Below are positions 28,818 to 41,095 of a stretch of DNA of 64,000 bases, piece by piece. The position numbers were made by a program, and so were the translations under genes. The notes under the pieces are model-generated. The model was not told where the DNA came from, did not search any database, and was given only the letters and a program-made list of their open reading frames with translations. The stretch's first letter is position 1, and each line of letters begins with the position of its first letter. This DNA is from the human T2T-CHM13v2.0 reference genome, Homo sapiens. The stretch is from assembly GCF_009914755.1 (NCBI RefSeq), contig NC_060942.1; one strand, given 5' to 3'.

Positions 28818-30619
28818 TCAAAGTGTGAGACCACTATGAAAAAACTGAAGTGCTAACTTGCAAATTTGAAATTTGGATTTTATGGAACTCCCACAACCAG
28901 GAACTGCATAGGATTCAATATAAATAAAATTTTTTAGATCATGGTACTTTTCATTTGAAAAGTAATTTTTAAAAGTCTAGTAGTTCAGTTCAGAGGCCCA
29001 GCCTGAGCCATTGGCCCAAGCAATGAGTCAATTGCAAAGAGTCCCGAGAGCTTCAGAAAGAGGTGCTATATGCAGTGGTACAAAATATAATATGTTGTAT
29101 GGATTATTTGTCCAAAAATCAATACATTACTTCTTCGTGTTTGTGCATGAAAATACAAAAAGTGAAACTGACTTGAAATCAAAATGAAACAGACTCACCT
29201 ATTTCTGTTGACTTAGATAATTAAAGAACAGAATTGACTCGAGCATATAAAATGAGAAGTAAATTGGTTTTTAAAGATTTTTTCCAACATTTGAAAACAC
29301 AACATATGGCTTTTCATACGCCCTCCCCTCAACTGTGCAAAATTACTAGGTGCTTTTTCTGATCACCCAAGCCTGAAGCCTTAGAGCTAGCTATGCCAAC
29401 TTCAACGTCATCAGAGGTTATATGCACATAAGACTAAGGAAAGAAGGGGGCTTCTTATCGAAGGAGAGTGCACACACCCTCCCCCAACATGGCCACCAAC
29501 AAGCCTGGCACATTTCACCCACATCTGGCATTTTTTGTGCTCTGCTTTAGACATTCTACATTTTTTTCAACTTTTCCTTCCAGATCTATTCAGTCACCAA
29601 AGCTTGTAGCTTTTTATTTCCTGTCTCTCTCTTTCATGCTTTCCTTTCTGTTTTATAGCAATCACTGTAATTATGCTTATATCCCTCAGACTTCCACAAC
29701 ATTCACGTATGGAATTTTGTTTTTACTAATTTTTCTCTTTGATCAATCCAAGAATGTGTCATCAAATTAACGTTTAAATAACTCTTCAATCATAAGCTCC
29801 TGCTAAAAAGTGTGCTGTATTTTCCCATTTCCAACAGGCTGAGCACAGACTTGTTACCAGAGTATTAAGGTTAGTTGTAGCCAAGAAGGAAACTGCCCCC
29901 CAACCCCTCCTTACACTGCACCTTCCAACCAATTAAATGAGTCTTTCTTTCAGGAACATTAAGCTTCTCAGCATTGTGGTTTGCCTTATATTATTAGGCT
30001 TTATTTATAATGCTCTTTTAGTTCCTCAATGTCACTTATTGGACTCTTCCCAGCCTCCAAGCTCTAACTCATATAAAGTAACTTTTTCCAATAAATTTTC
30101 CCTTTCTAACATGGTTCAAACTGAATATTCTCTTATATGATATTCTGTGTCATGTAGAATCTTTAACTATAATTATCAACAATAATAATATAAATAGTAA
30201 ATATCGGCCATATTTCTTATTTTGTATTGTAAATTATTTTTTGAATATGTCTCATATCCTTGCTTCTACACTTACATTATGGTCTCTGAGACTAGATTCT
30301 GTTATATTTTCAGATTAGAGAAAAATTTTAACTCAATTTTTATCAACCAAGCTAATATGTATACTACCTCTCTTTGTTAGCACTATTAGCAGGCACTAAT
30401 AGACGCAAATTGTTGGAATTTGTGTCCTAGCAGATTGGTTATCTCACAGATCTGTATTAGTGAGATACATATATTTATCAGAAATTTTCAATAAAATATA
30501 TTATAAATCATTTTTTATATATTTAGAGATTAATAAATTCTACTTATTAAATGAAATAATATACTTATTGAATAATTCCATAGTAAATTTTTGTGATAAT
30601 AGATAAACCTATTTCTTAT

Positions 30620-30750
30620 GTTGGTAATGGGAATGTTTTAAAATTTACTGTGGTGATGGTTGTACAACTCTGTAAATGTACTAAAAATACACACTTAATG
30701 CAGGTGAATTTTATGTATCTAAATTATTCCTCAATAAAACTGTTAAAAAT
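30620..30750 (+). mobile_element. L1MB/MC 3' end fragment
   Basis: ggtgatggttgtacaactctgtaaatgtactaaaaa...ggtgaattttatg...cctcaataaaactgtt. Confidence 0.75.
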
Positions 30751-32083
30751 TATATTGTCATGCACAGAATAATTTTCTTCTTAAAGCTATTTGTTTAAAT
30801 TATTTTTAAAATCCAGCAGCCAACATCAACCATCTGAATTTCAGTTTATCACTACCTCCATGAAATGTTTACCTGAATTACAAAATACCACATTCACTGC
30901 CAATATTATATTTTCTTTGCATTTCCACAAGATTAAAGTATGAAAGAAATTTTCTATAGAGTTCCCAAATCACCATTTATCATGTTCTTTGCCATGGCCA
31001 TATTGAAAGGAACTGTGAGGAAAATTAGACCAAATTCATGTTTATGTTTACATGCACACACACGCATGCACATAATTTAATGTGTAGGTTTCATTTGTTT
31101 AACTAGGCTTTCATTTGAATCTGCTGTGAAAACACCATGGCAATTTCAGATAGAGCAAGGACAAATCTAGGCCAAAGCCCTCCTTTAACAAAGAGCTGTA
31201 TTGCATAGCAGGCTCATTCGGAATGCCATCCAATTAACACTGAATATTTCTCTCAGTCAATACATCGTTAACTTAATTCCTTTCAAATTGAACTTCCTCT
31301 GTTCTGATATTGGCACATTAGGAGTTATTATCACTCTGCTTCTGCTGAATGGTTCTGGTGCAGGACTGTTCAGAACATCCCGCTGTTCACCCTCCTATAC
31401 CCAAAGTATAGTGTCACTAACAGTGCCTCCTGCACCTTAGCACATGTCAATGTATTCTAAAATAACACACTATAACTCTCTATGGTTATTATGATAATAT
31501 ACTGGAAGTAAACCTTTTAATCTAACTAAATAAAACAAATATACTTGTACACACACAATCTGCTTTCATCAACACTCTACACGAACAGAATCTGACTGCT
31601 CTAGTCAAGTAGTTTTCTGGGTCTCAGAGTCCTTTTCTATGCCTTTTGGTGCTTACAACTTGCAGTTTTTATATATCACATAGTTCATTTAACTCTCTTT
31701 TCCTCTTCATAACATTGTAGGTTTCAGTGCTTGACTGAAGGTGGTGCAATGAAAATGCAAAAGATGAGTTCAAAAGTTGGGTTTTCTTCTTTGATAACAC
31801 AGACTAGAAACCTCAGGCTCATGACTCTGGATTCTGTTCTCCTCCCCTTTACAATCTGATCAGCAGTCTCTGCTTGCATATTTTATCCCCAGACTAATTT
31901 GACACTGGCTGAGGGTGGGTTGGCCTGGAGGGAGCGGCGAAAGAAATAAACAAAGAATAAAGTCCAAAAGGAAATGAGGTTTATCTATTCCGTTCCATTT
32001 TCACTGATTTTCCTCTCAGTGTCGGACATTTAGATTAGGTCTTTATACCTGGAAGTAGCAGGGGAATAATTATTCTAGTTCAG

Positions 32084-32330
32084 TTTATTTTTTTTAATTT
32101 TTGATTATTACGGACACATAATAGTAATACATGTTTATGGAGTACTTGCGATATTTTGATACAAGCATACAATCTGCATTGTATTTTGCATTGCATGTGT
32201 TTTGATACATGCTTTTATCAAAATATCACAGTAACTGAGGTATTCATTACCTCAAGCATTTATCATTTCTTTGTGTTAGGAAAATTCAAATTCTATTTTT
32301 TTCAGTTATTTTCAAATATACAATAATTAT
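32084..32330 (-). mobile_element. L1MA 3' end fragment
   Basis: atattttgatacaagcataca...cctcaagcatttatcatttctttgtgtt...gttattttcaaatatacaata. Confidence 0.8.
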
Positions 32331-33859
32331 TCTGCTTAACAGTGGTCTGAAGAATCTATTATGGCTTACAGTTAGTGTTTCCCAAAATTATACCACCAGA
32401 ACAGAGGCTGACTTAGCCTTCAAAGAACTTGATTATGTGTTTAATTATACCTTAGATAATAAATAATGTTTGATGTTTTAAATTCATAGCCATTGTTAAT
32501 GAAGTGCTGCCAACATTTCAGCAGAAAAAATATGTTTGTAGAAAAATAAGCAACATATGTAAGTTACCAATAATATCCATAAGAGCAACATTATATTATC
32601 TAGGTATAGAGAACTTTCAGTATACTACATATCATTTTCCAAATTACAAGATGTAGTAATGAAGCACAACAAAATTATCTTTTGAAATTATTAGATATAC
32701 TGAAGATTTTCTGTCAAATTAGAAAACATGTAAAAGAAAATGGATGCTTCCTTTTCTTTAATAAAGAATATTTTATACTGCTATATTATTTAGATATGTG
32801 ACATTGTTTTAAAAGAAAAAGAAACATTCTACAAATTGCAGTGGTGTTCACATAAAAAGAATCACAGAAAATTGCATAGTTTGATTATCTAAAGAAATCA
32901 AGTATGAATGATAAAATGAATATACTTGTATTTAATTGGGATATTGTAAAGGTTAATGAAATCAAACAACCTTGAAGGGATATAGGTGATGGTTAATATA
33001 CCACACTGAATTTTTGGATGAATATTAAAAGAAAACAACCTGATTCTTTTCTGTTTTCTCCAATATTCAAACCAAGTGCAACTCCGGGGAATTATTAGAG
33101 AGACAAATTAAAACAATAGATGGACTTGCAGTTGCCTGCATAAGAATGTCTTCACAAAGCCTCCTGACAATTTCAGAGATTTTAAGGTGGTCTATTTACT
33201 TTCAAATCAAGAATGCTGCATTTTCTCCTCTTACCAGGCTGTCAATCTCTGAGCTCCCCTTCCCACAAAATAATTTCAAAACACCATGCAAGTATTTTCT
33301 TGGGTGTTTTATAAGATACATCTTGTATGATATGTATAAGACTATTTTTTAATGATAGAAGAAAAATATGTAGGCGATTACTATCTCCCAAAATGTGAAT
33401 CTTCATTTTGGGTATTATGTGAAAGCAATTATTTTTAAGGAATACCATTTCAACATGCATTTTAAAGAGAGCATAATCAATTTACTACTCTATTCCACAT
33501 AACTAAAATATTCTGTTCATATTTTATGTATCATTGAGTTAAATTACTCAGTCAAAGAATAGCTATGTTAACACCTGGCTTTCTATAAGTTTTGTCCCTA
33601 GAGTTTCAGGTCTGCAGATGGGTAATTTTGTTCTCGATATTATGGAAGATGTTTTGGATAAATAAATATTTTTGTCACTGACTAGTCTAACCCTTATAAG
33701 AAAATTTATTCTTTTTTTGATAGAAGGTTTATACAGATATCCAAAATATATAATGGGAACACTTGTGGGTAAAAATGTCTAATTGTATAGCATTTAATTG
33801 CACCTATCATACTGAAGGTCCATGCAAAGAAGACTATATGTTTATAAAATAAATTATCA

Positions 33860-35640
33860 AATTGGGCTCTAGGGAATTTCTGCTTCCAGTAATTGAGGAG
33901 TGGCTTTTGCAGATGAACCTTCCTTCTGAGAACCAGAAAGGATGGAATTTAAAAAAATGTCTCTGAAAGCATTGAAGGGGTAAAAAGAGGCTTAAGGGAT
34001 AACAATCCCAGAAACAAAAAATACACAAAGATAAGAACTCAAAATTTATTACTACTTTTCCCTTTGAGGTGTTTGCTGATTCTCAAGAGGCGACGGACTT
34101 TGAGAAGCTGAGCAGAGCTTCCAGCAATGCTATGTGTCTGGGAGTAAGCAAAATTTTTGGTATGGCCCACAGAGAAGAAGGGACTCTGAAAAAGGGTCTA
34201 GACTCTCAATTAGAACTGATGGAGGATGAGATCTTAAGGCATGGGTAAGCAAATGGATCAGCCTGGACAGAGACTGAAATCCAACTTGGAATCACATCAA
34301 TTCTTGATTGGATTAAGGAGATGTATTCTTAGCCTAAATAGTTACCAGAAGCAAAATGAAATTCCCTCCAGATAAATCTAACATTATCTCTACATTTTCT
34401 TTATTAGTTATGTGAGGCACTCGATAAAACTTTTAGTGTATTCCATGAGACATGCTAACAGAATGAACAAAAAAGGAAAAACCCTAATAGTAAGAATATA
34501 CAAAACATCTTTATATTCATGTTGCCAGATATTAATTTTAAAATAACTATTATTACTATGCTCAAAATATAGATGACATAATAAAAATGTTATCAGAGAA
34601 CTTGAAACAATAAAAATATCAAATGGACATTCTACAAGTATAAAATATAACCTAAATGAAAAATTTATATATGGATTTAATAGCAAATTAGTCAAAAAAC
34701 CAGAAGAGAGAATTAGTGAACTGGACAATAAGTAAACAGAAGGTATAAATGAAACACATGGAGAAAAAAAGGATGAGATGTAAAGGACACAGTGAAAAGA
34801 TATAAAATGTGTTTACTTAGAGTCAGGGAAGAGGAGTGAAAGAGAATGGGGAAGACGCAATAGCAGAAATGAACTATGATCTTAGAAATCAAGATAAGGA
34901 TTACTTAGGGAGAATAGGAACTGAAAGAGAGAATGAGAAAGGCTTAGAGTTTGGGCATATTCTTTTTCTTGATCTGGGTGCTTGATCAAAGGTGTGAAAA
35001 TTAATTGTGCTGCACACTAAAGATATACTTGCTTTTCTGTATGTATTTTTCATTTCAATTTGAAGTAAAAATGTATAACAACAACAACAATAATAATAAA
35101 CTCTACAAATTCCCAAGCATAATGAACACAATGAAAATACCCCTGTGCACAGCCGAGTAGAATTCCTGAAAACAAAACCCAGCTATATGATGCTTCTAAG
35201 ATACACGTCTTTAATTAAAGGACAAAGAAAGACTGACTGTAAATGAATTGAAAAAAGATAAATCAGGATCACCTTACCAAGAGAATGCTTATATAACTAT
35301 CCAAATATCATGGAAAGTAGACATCAAGGCATAAAGCAATTCTGGATATAAAGAAGGACGTTTCATAATGATAAAAAAACAAATCCACCAGAAAGATACA
35401 TTTGCATGTAATCCAAAAGGTAGCTTCAACATATGGGAAGAGATATTTTAACAATCCCTCTTTGTGGCTGATAAAACAAGCAGACCAAAAAATAAGTTAG
35501 ACTATAGAAAATCTGCAAAGCACAAGTAAAAATTCAAACTGAATGTCAATTATGACATGCAAAACAAGACAGAAAACACATATTATTTGCAAGTACTGAT
35601 AAAATACTCACCAAAATTGAACTAGTCAAAATGCACCTAG
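33860..35640 (+). mobile_element. Ancient L1M 5'UTR/ORF1/ORF2-start fragment with nested L1ME 3' end (~34880-35080)
   Basis: agagaattagtgaactgga, ttcataatgataaaaaa...atccaccagaaagata (endonuclease-region relic); nested tctttttcttgatctgggtg. Confidence 0.65.
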
Positions 35641-36297
35641 TCATTTTATAAATGAGAAAGTTGAACTAATTATCTCTGAGAGCAAGTGAAATGAAGCAAT
35701 TGGCTCAAGGTTATAATGAAAGTGAGAGAGCACAGATCTGAATCAGAGCACAGATCTGGACTCAGGTCCACATTGCTGCAGCCACTTCAACTTAAATAAG
35801 TGAGACACAAAGCATATTCTAATAAAGACTTTGCAACTTCATGTCTAGTTGCCTATACAAGAGGCTGCTCTGAAGATTGTGCCATAGATATAAAAAGAAA
35901 ACTCTACTGACTGTCGTTTTCTATTCTAACTAATGGTAAAATAGTGTCAGAATGTGGGCAAATTCAGAGCCATAAATATATTGAGGGAAGCTTTCAATTT
36001 GTATTTGACAACATGATTAGGGTGTAATGAGCCCAAACATAGGTTATAATAAGTCATTGTAACTTTCTCAACCCTACTGTAGTCCTCTAGAAATTTGACA
36101 GTAACAAGGAGGTCTAGAGATATTTTTGCTCTGTGCATATTGGAAAAGAGTGTGGCTCTTCCCTAAATTTCTGTGGAAATAGGAACAGGCATAGAAAAAA
36201 ACAGTATATATTTTTGGTTAGTGCTGTCTATATAAAATATTAATATTAGCAATGGCTGTAAGATTGAACATTCTATGCATATTAGTATATTAGCTAA

Positions 36298-36609
<312 letters not shown>

Positions 36610-37192
36610 TAGCTAACATTTTTTGGACTCTCACTATGTGTCAGGCACTGTGCTATATAATTTACATATATTACTTTTAGTTTTCAAAAGAAAATTTTAA
36701 GGAGGGTATCGTTCTCCCTTTTTAACTGATGAAAAATCTAGAATTCTGGGGTTAACTTGCCCAAAGTCAACAAACTGAGTTGGGTTATATATATAATGCT
36801 TATCTGTCTCCAATGTCTACTCTCAGTCTATTTCTACACTGAAATCTAATACAGAAAGTAAATATTCCAGGAAACACTACTATAAAAATAGGGAAGAGTG
36901 TGAAATACAGAAGAGCCACAGATGATATGGAACCAGGGTATTGATAGGAGAAACAATAAACAAAACCAGAGCAAGCATGAGTCTAAGAGAAATTCAACAT
37001 TCCTTAGATAAACACAACCTGCATTATTCACAGTTTAGAATGAATGTGTGTGTGGTGGGGGGTGGTTGATACGCACACATATGTGAGAAAGATTATGTAT
37101 CTTTAAAATTTATCTGTTTAGTTAACTGTAACTTATTTCACAGTTTGCTTATTGTTTTCAATTAATCCTTTTATTATTTAATCCTCCTAGAT

Positions 37193-37382
37193 CAGTGATT
37201 CTCAAACTTCAGCATGCATCAAAATCATCCAGATAGAGGGTTTATTAAACATTAATTCCTGGGTCCCACAATCAGAGATTCTGACCCATTATATTTGGGT
37301 CAGATCCAAAATTTTTTATTTCCAACTAGTTTCCAACTCATGTTGATGACTGTAGTCCAGAACCATGTTTTGAGAACCATCT
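37193..37382. mobile_element. MER5A (hAT-Charlie) DNA transposon relic
   Basis: TIR-like ends cagtgattctcaaa ... tttgagaaccat; internal gcatgcatcaaaatca...cagagattctga. Confidence 0.8.
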
Positions 37383-37459
37383 CTTGAGATACTGCTACAG
37401 AATAGATAGAAAATCCAAATAGGGATAAACCAGTAAAGTAAGTGATTAGTAAAAGTAAG

Positions 37460-37660
37460 ACCTAATGTTTACTGAGTCATTTTTTTTTGTAAATTTTCAG
37501 GCACTTTGTTGATTACTTTCCATTGATGATCTCATTTAACCTTCACAACAATCCCTGAGGCAGATCATATTGGTTCCCATTTTATAGATGAGGAAATGGA
37601 AGATGAAAACGGGTAACTTGCCCAGGATCACCCTGTTAGACCCTTTTGAACTCAACTAGC
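37460..37660 (-). mobile_element. MIR
   Basis: cccattttatagatgaggaaa...taacttgcccaggatcac core. Confidence 0.8.
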
Positions 37661-38724
37661 CCCACCCCAAAAGGAGTCCAAATCTATGATGTGCGAATTC
37701 ATGATTTGCACATAGTAGTGTGAGATCATACAAAGGGATCATCCAAAACGTTGTATAAACATTCAGATTCCTGGGTTCCATATTCAGAGATTCGGACTCA
37801 ATATCTTTATAATGAAGCTCAGCTGCCTGCATTTCTAACTAGAAAGACATTTTTAGACATTGAATTAAGCTTTAAATTATTCTGGTTGCAGAGCAGGCAG
37901 TACAGGTAAGTAGCAGAATTCATTTCATCATGTTGTAGAACAAAGCCTTATTCTTGCATTTGGGTATTATACAGATTTTACAGAACTTTTTCATCAATGT
38001 AGAGCATAAAAAATGCTAGATTGTTTAGCTTATTATTCAACCATCAATCTAATAATTCCATAACATTTTTAAATGCATGGACCATTATCTATGATCCTTG
38101 CATCAGTTCACATTGCTTAGACACATAGTCAATTGCCTAACTCAGCTTAGCAGTGATTCCTCAACATTGAAGTATACCAGAGCCCCACAAGAGTTCCATT
38201 GGTGGGTTTTGTTTGCTTGTTTTAATGAACTTTGAAGGTTCAGATTCGGTAGGACTGGGGTGAGGTTCAAATGGCCATATTTGTCAAAATATTTTAGGTG
38301 ACATATCATAAGCCAGACATGGAAACCACTGTTCCAGATCATTTTCTGATTGGTCATTTCCATCTGTAAGGATCTGAGCTACTGAGAGTGGATTTGATTC
38401 TGTTCACTTGTTTTTGAGTATGTATTCTGCTTCAGTTGTTTCACTGTGATGCCTCAAGGAGTCACAGATGGTGGTCCTGCCAGTCATACCAGCCCAGCCA
38501 AAGATGAGAGTGGGAGGTGGGGGAGATGGAGCTGAGTAGCAGAGGGGACCTCAGTCTTCTGACCTGTGATTCTGGTACTCAGTTGGAAAAGTCACAAGTC
38601 ATTATTACCTCACTGATTTTCTTAGGCAGTCAAATCATTTCACATAGAAAATCTGTCCAACTGGTTTGTATAAGTAGCAGAAGGAAGAGTGTGAAGACTG
38701 TTGATAGAGCTGAGAAAAGACCAT

Positions 38725-39200
38725 CCATTCATTCACCTAATATGTGCTGCATATCTCCTCAGTGCCGGGCACTGTTCCCAGCACTGATGACCTGCAGGAA
38801 ACCAGAAGACAAAGCTCCTGCTCTCATGGTTTCAACTAATGAGGGGGCGTTAGAAATAAGTAAGGAAATAAGTGCGCATGACTGTAATAGAGATAAGCAT
38901 CATACAGAAAATAAATCAGAGTAAACTGAAAGTGAATGAAAGGGGCCAAGATGAGGCTACTTAAGTAAAGTGGTGACAGAAAAACACTTTCATAAGGTAT
39001 CATTTGAGCAAAATCTTAAATGATAAAAAGCCATTAGCCATGTGAAGAAAAAGGATTACAGATAAAGGAGAGAGCATCTGTAACTTTCTGAGATTGGAAC
39101 AGCAACAGCCTGGAGTGTAACAGGAAAGAACGATGAATAGGTCGAAAAGGAAGGATGGGTCAGATTCTGAGAGCTTTGGCAACTGACATGAGGTCACAGA
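38725..39200 (-). mobile_element. L2 3' fragment
   Basis: cattcattca...gtgccgggcactgtt...gacaaagctcctgctctcatgg. Confidence 0.7.
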
Positions 39201-39391
39201 CAAAAATGAAGAATGGAATAAAATAAAGGGAAATCATATTCCAAGCTAGAACAAAAATCATACAGATGAAAACTTTCTTCAAAGAAATACAAAGACATGT
39301 TTTGTAACTTGGCAAAATAATTCTAAAATTGATAGGGAAAATAAAAAGCAAAACATTAAAAAGAAGATCCATGGTAGGAAACTTGCCCTTC

Positions 39392-39741
39392 GCTGGACAC
39401 AGTGGCTCGTGTCTGTGATCTCTGCACTTTGGGAGGTCGAGGAGGGAGGCTTGCTTGAGCCCTGGAGCTTGAGACCAACCTGGGCAACATGGTGAAAGCC
39501 TGTCACTATAAAACACGCAAAAATTAGCTGGGCATGGTGGCATTTACCTGTAGTCCTGGCTACTTGGGAGGCTGAGGTGGGAGGATTACCTGAGCCCGGG
39601 ATGTTCAGGACATCCAGGCTGCAGTGAGCCATGATCATGCCACTGCACTCCAGCCTGGGCCGCAGAGTGAGACCTTGTCAAAAATAATAATAATAATATA
39701 TTATTATTATTATTATTTAAAAAGGAAAGAGAAGAGAAAGA
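39392..39741 (+). mobile_element. AluJ with (AAT)/(ATT) and GA-rich tail
   Basis: TSD aaacttgcccttc at 39379-39391 and 39742-39754. Confidence 0.93.
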
Positions 39742-40063
39742 AAACTTGCCCTTCTATATTTTAAAATGTAAAGCCTCAATAATTTAGAAGTATGGTACTG
39801 AAACATGAATCCTTTGTCATCCGTCATATTGAGCTATCAGCGGAGCAGAATAAGAAGTCAAAATTAAAGGCAAATAGATATAGAGCTTTAGAATATGATA
39901 AAGATGCCATTTCAAATCAGTAGGGAACAGGTGTGTATCAATAAATTCTGATGGGACAACTGGAAAACCATCTGGAATACAAAAGTTGGACTCATATCTC
40001 ATTCATAGGCTGGAGTAAATTAATTTCAAATACAAAATGTGTATATGTTATATGTTAATATGG

Positions 40064-40611
40064 AAATGCAAAATGGTACAGCTATTTTAGAAAGCAATTT
40101 GGCAGTCTCTTATGAAGATAAACATATACTTACCATGTGACCCAGATATTACATTTCTATTCTCTAGAGAAATGAAAACATATGTCCATACAAAAAACAT
40201 GAATTTCTATATTGGCTTTATTTATATTCACCAAAAACTGGAAGCAACCAAAATGTCTTTCAACTGGTGAGTGGATAAACAAACTGTAATGTGGCCATAC
40301 TATGAAACACTATACAAAAACAAAAAGAGACCAATTACTGCTACATGTTTTAATATGGATAAATCTCAAATGCATTATGCTAAATGAAAAAGGTTCACAA
40401 GTCCCCTTACTATATGATTCCTTTTCTATGACATCCTAGAAAAGGCAAAACTGTTGAGTATAGAAAACAGATCAGCGACTGCCCGGGGATGGAGGTGGGT
40501 AGAAGAAATTCATTACTATTTTTTGCTCGCCAAAACTTATTCATAGACTGCACGCCCAAAAAGGGAGAATTTAACTGTATATAAATTATACCCCAATAAA
40601 TATGACTTAAA
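40064..40611 (+). mobile_element. Nested L1MB/MC-type 3' fragment
   Basis: aaatgcaaaatggtacagc...gaagcaaccaaaatgtc...aaattataccccaataaa; flanked by direct repeat atgttaatatgg. Confidence 0.8.
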
Positions 40612-40820
40612 ATGTTAATATGGTTATTAAGTCACAAAAATATTACAAGAAAACTTGGAAGAATTGTTTCATGACTTCTGAGTGAGAAGACCTTTTAAAT
40701 AATCATATAAAACTTAAGAGTTCTAAGAGAAGACATTGGTATACTTTGCTACCTAAAAAAAAAATGCAAGGGAAAAATATTGTTCAGAGGTCAAAAGACA
40801 AAGAACACATATGAAAATAA

Positions 40821-41095
40821 TTTTTTTTTTCTGGAGTACAGTGGTGATATCTCGGCTCACTGCAAGCTCTGCCTCCCGCGTTTATGCCTTTCTCCTGCCT
40901 CAGCCTCCAGAGTAGCTGTGACTACAGGTGCCCGCCACCACGCCCGGCTAATTTTTTTTGGGTTTTTTTGTATTTTTAGTAGAGATGGGGTTTCACAGTG
41001 TTAGCCAGGATGGTCTCGATCTCCTGACCTCGTGATCTGCCCGCCTCGACCTCCTAAAGTGCTGGGATTACAGGCGTGAGCCACTGCGCCCAGCC
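40821..41095 (-). mobile_element. AluY-type, minus strand, lacking its last ~25 nt before the tail
   Basis: T10 joined directly to ctggagtacagtgg; cactgcaagctc and ttagccaggatggtctcgatc diagnostics. Confidence 0.93.

Noticed and set aside
38517-38924. 135-aa ORF
   Set aside because: Non-ATG start, runs through MIR/L2 relics, no recognisable domain
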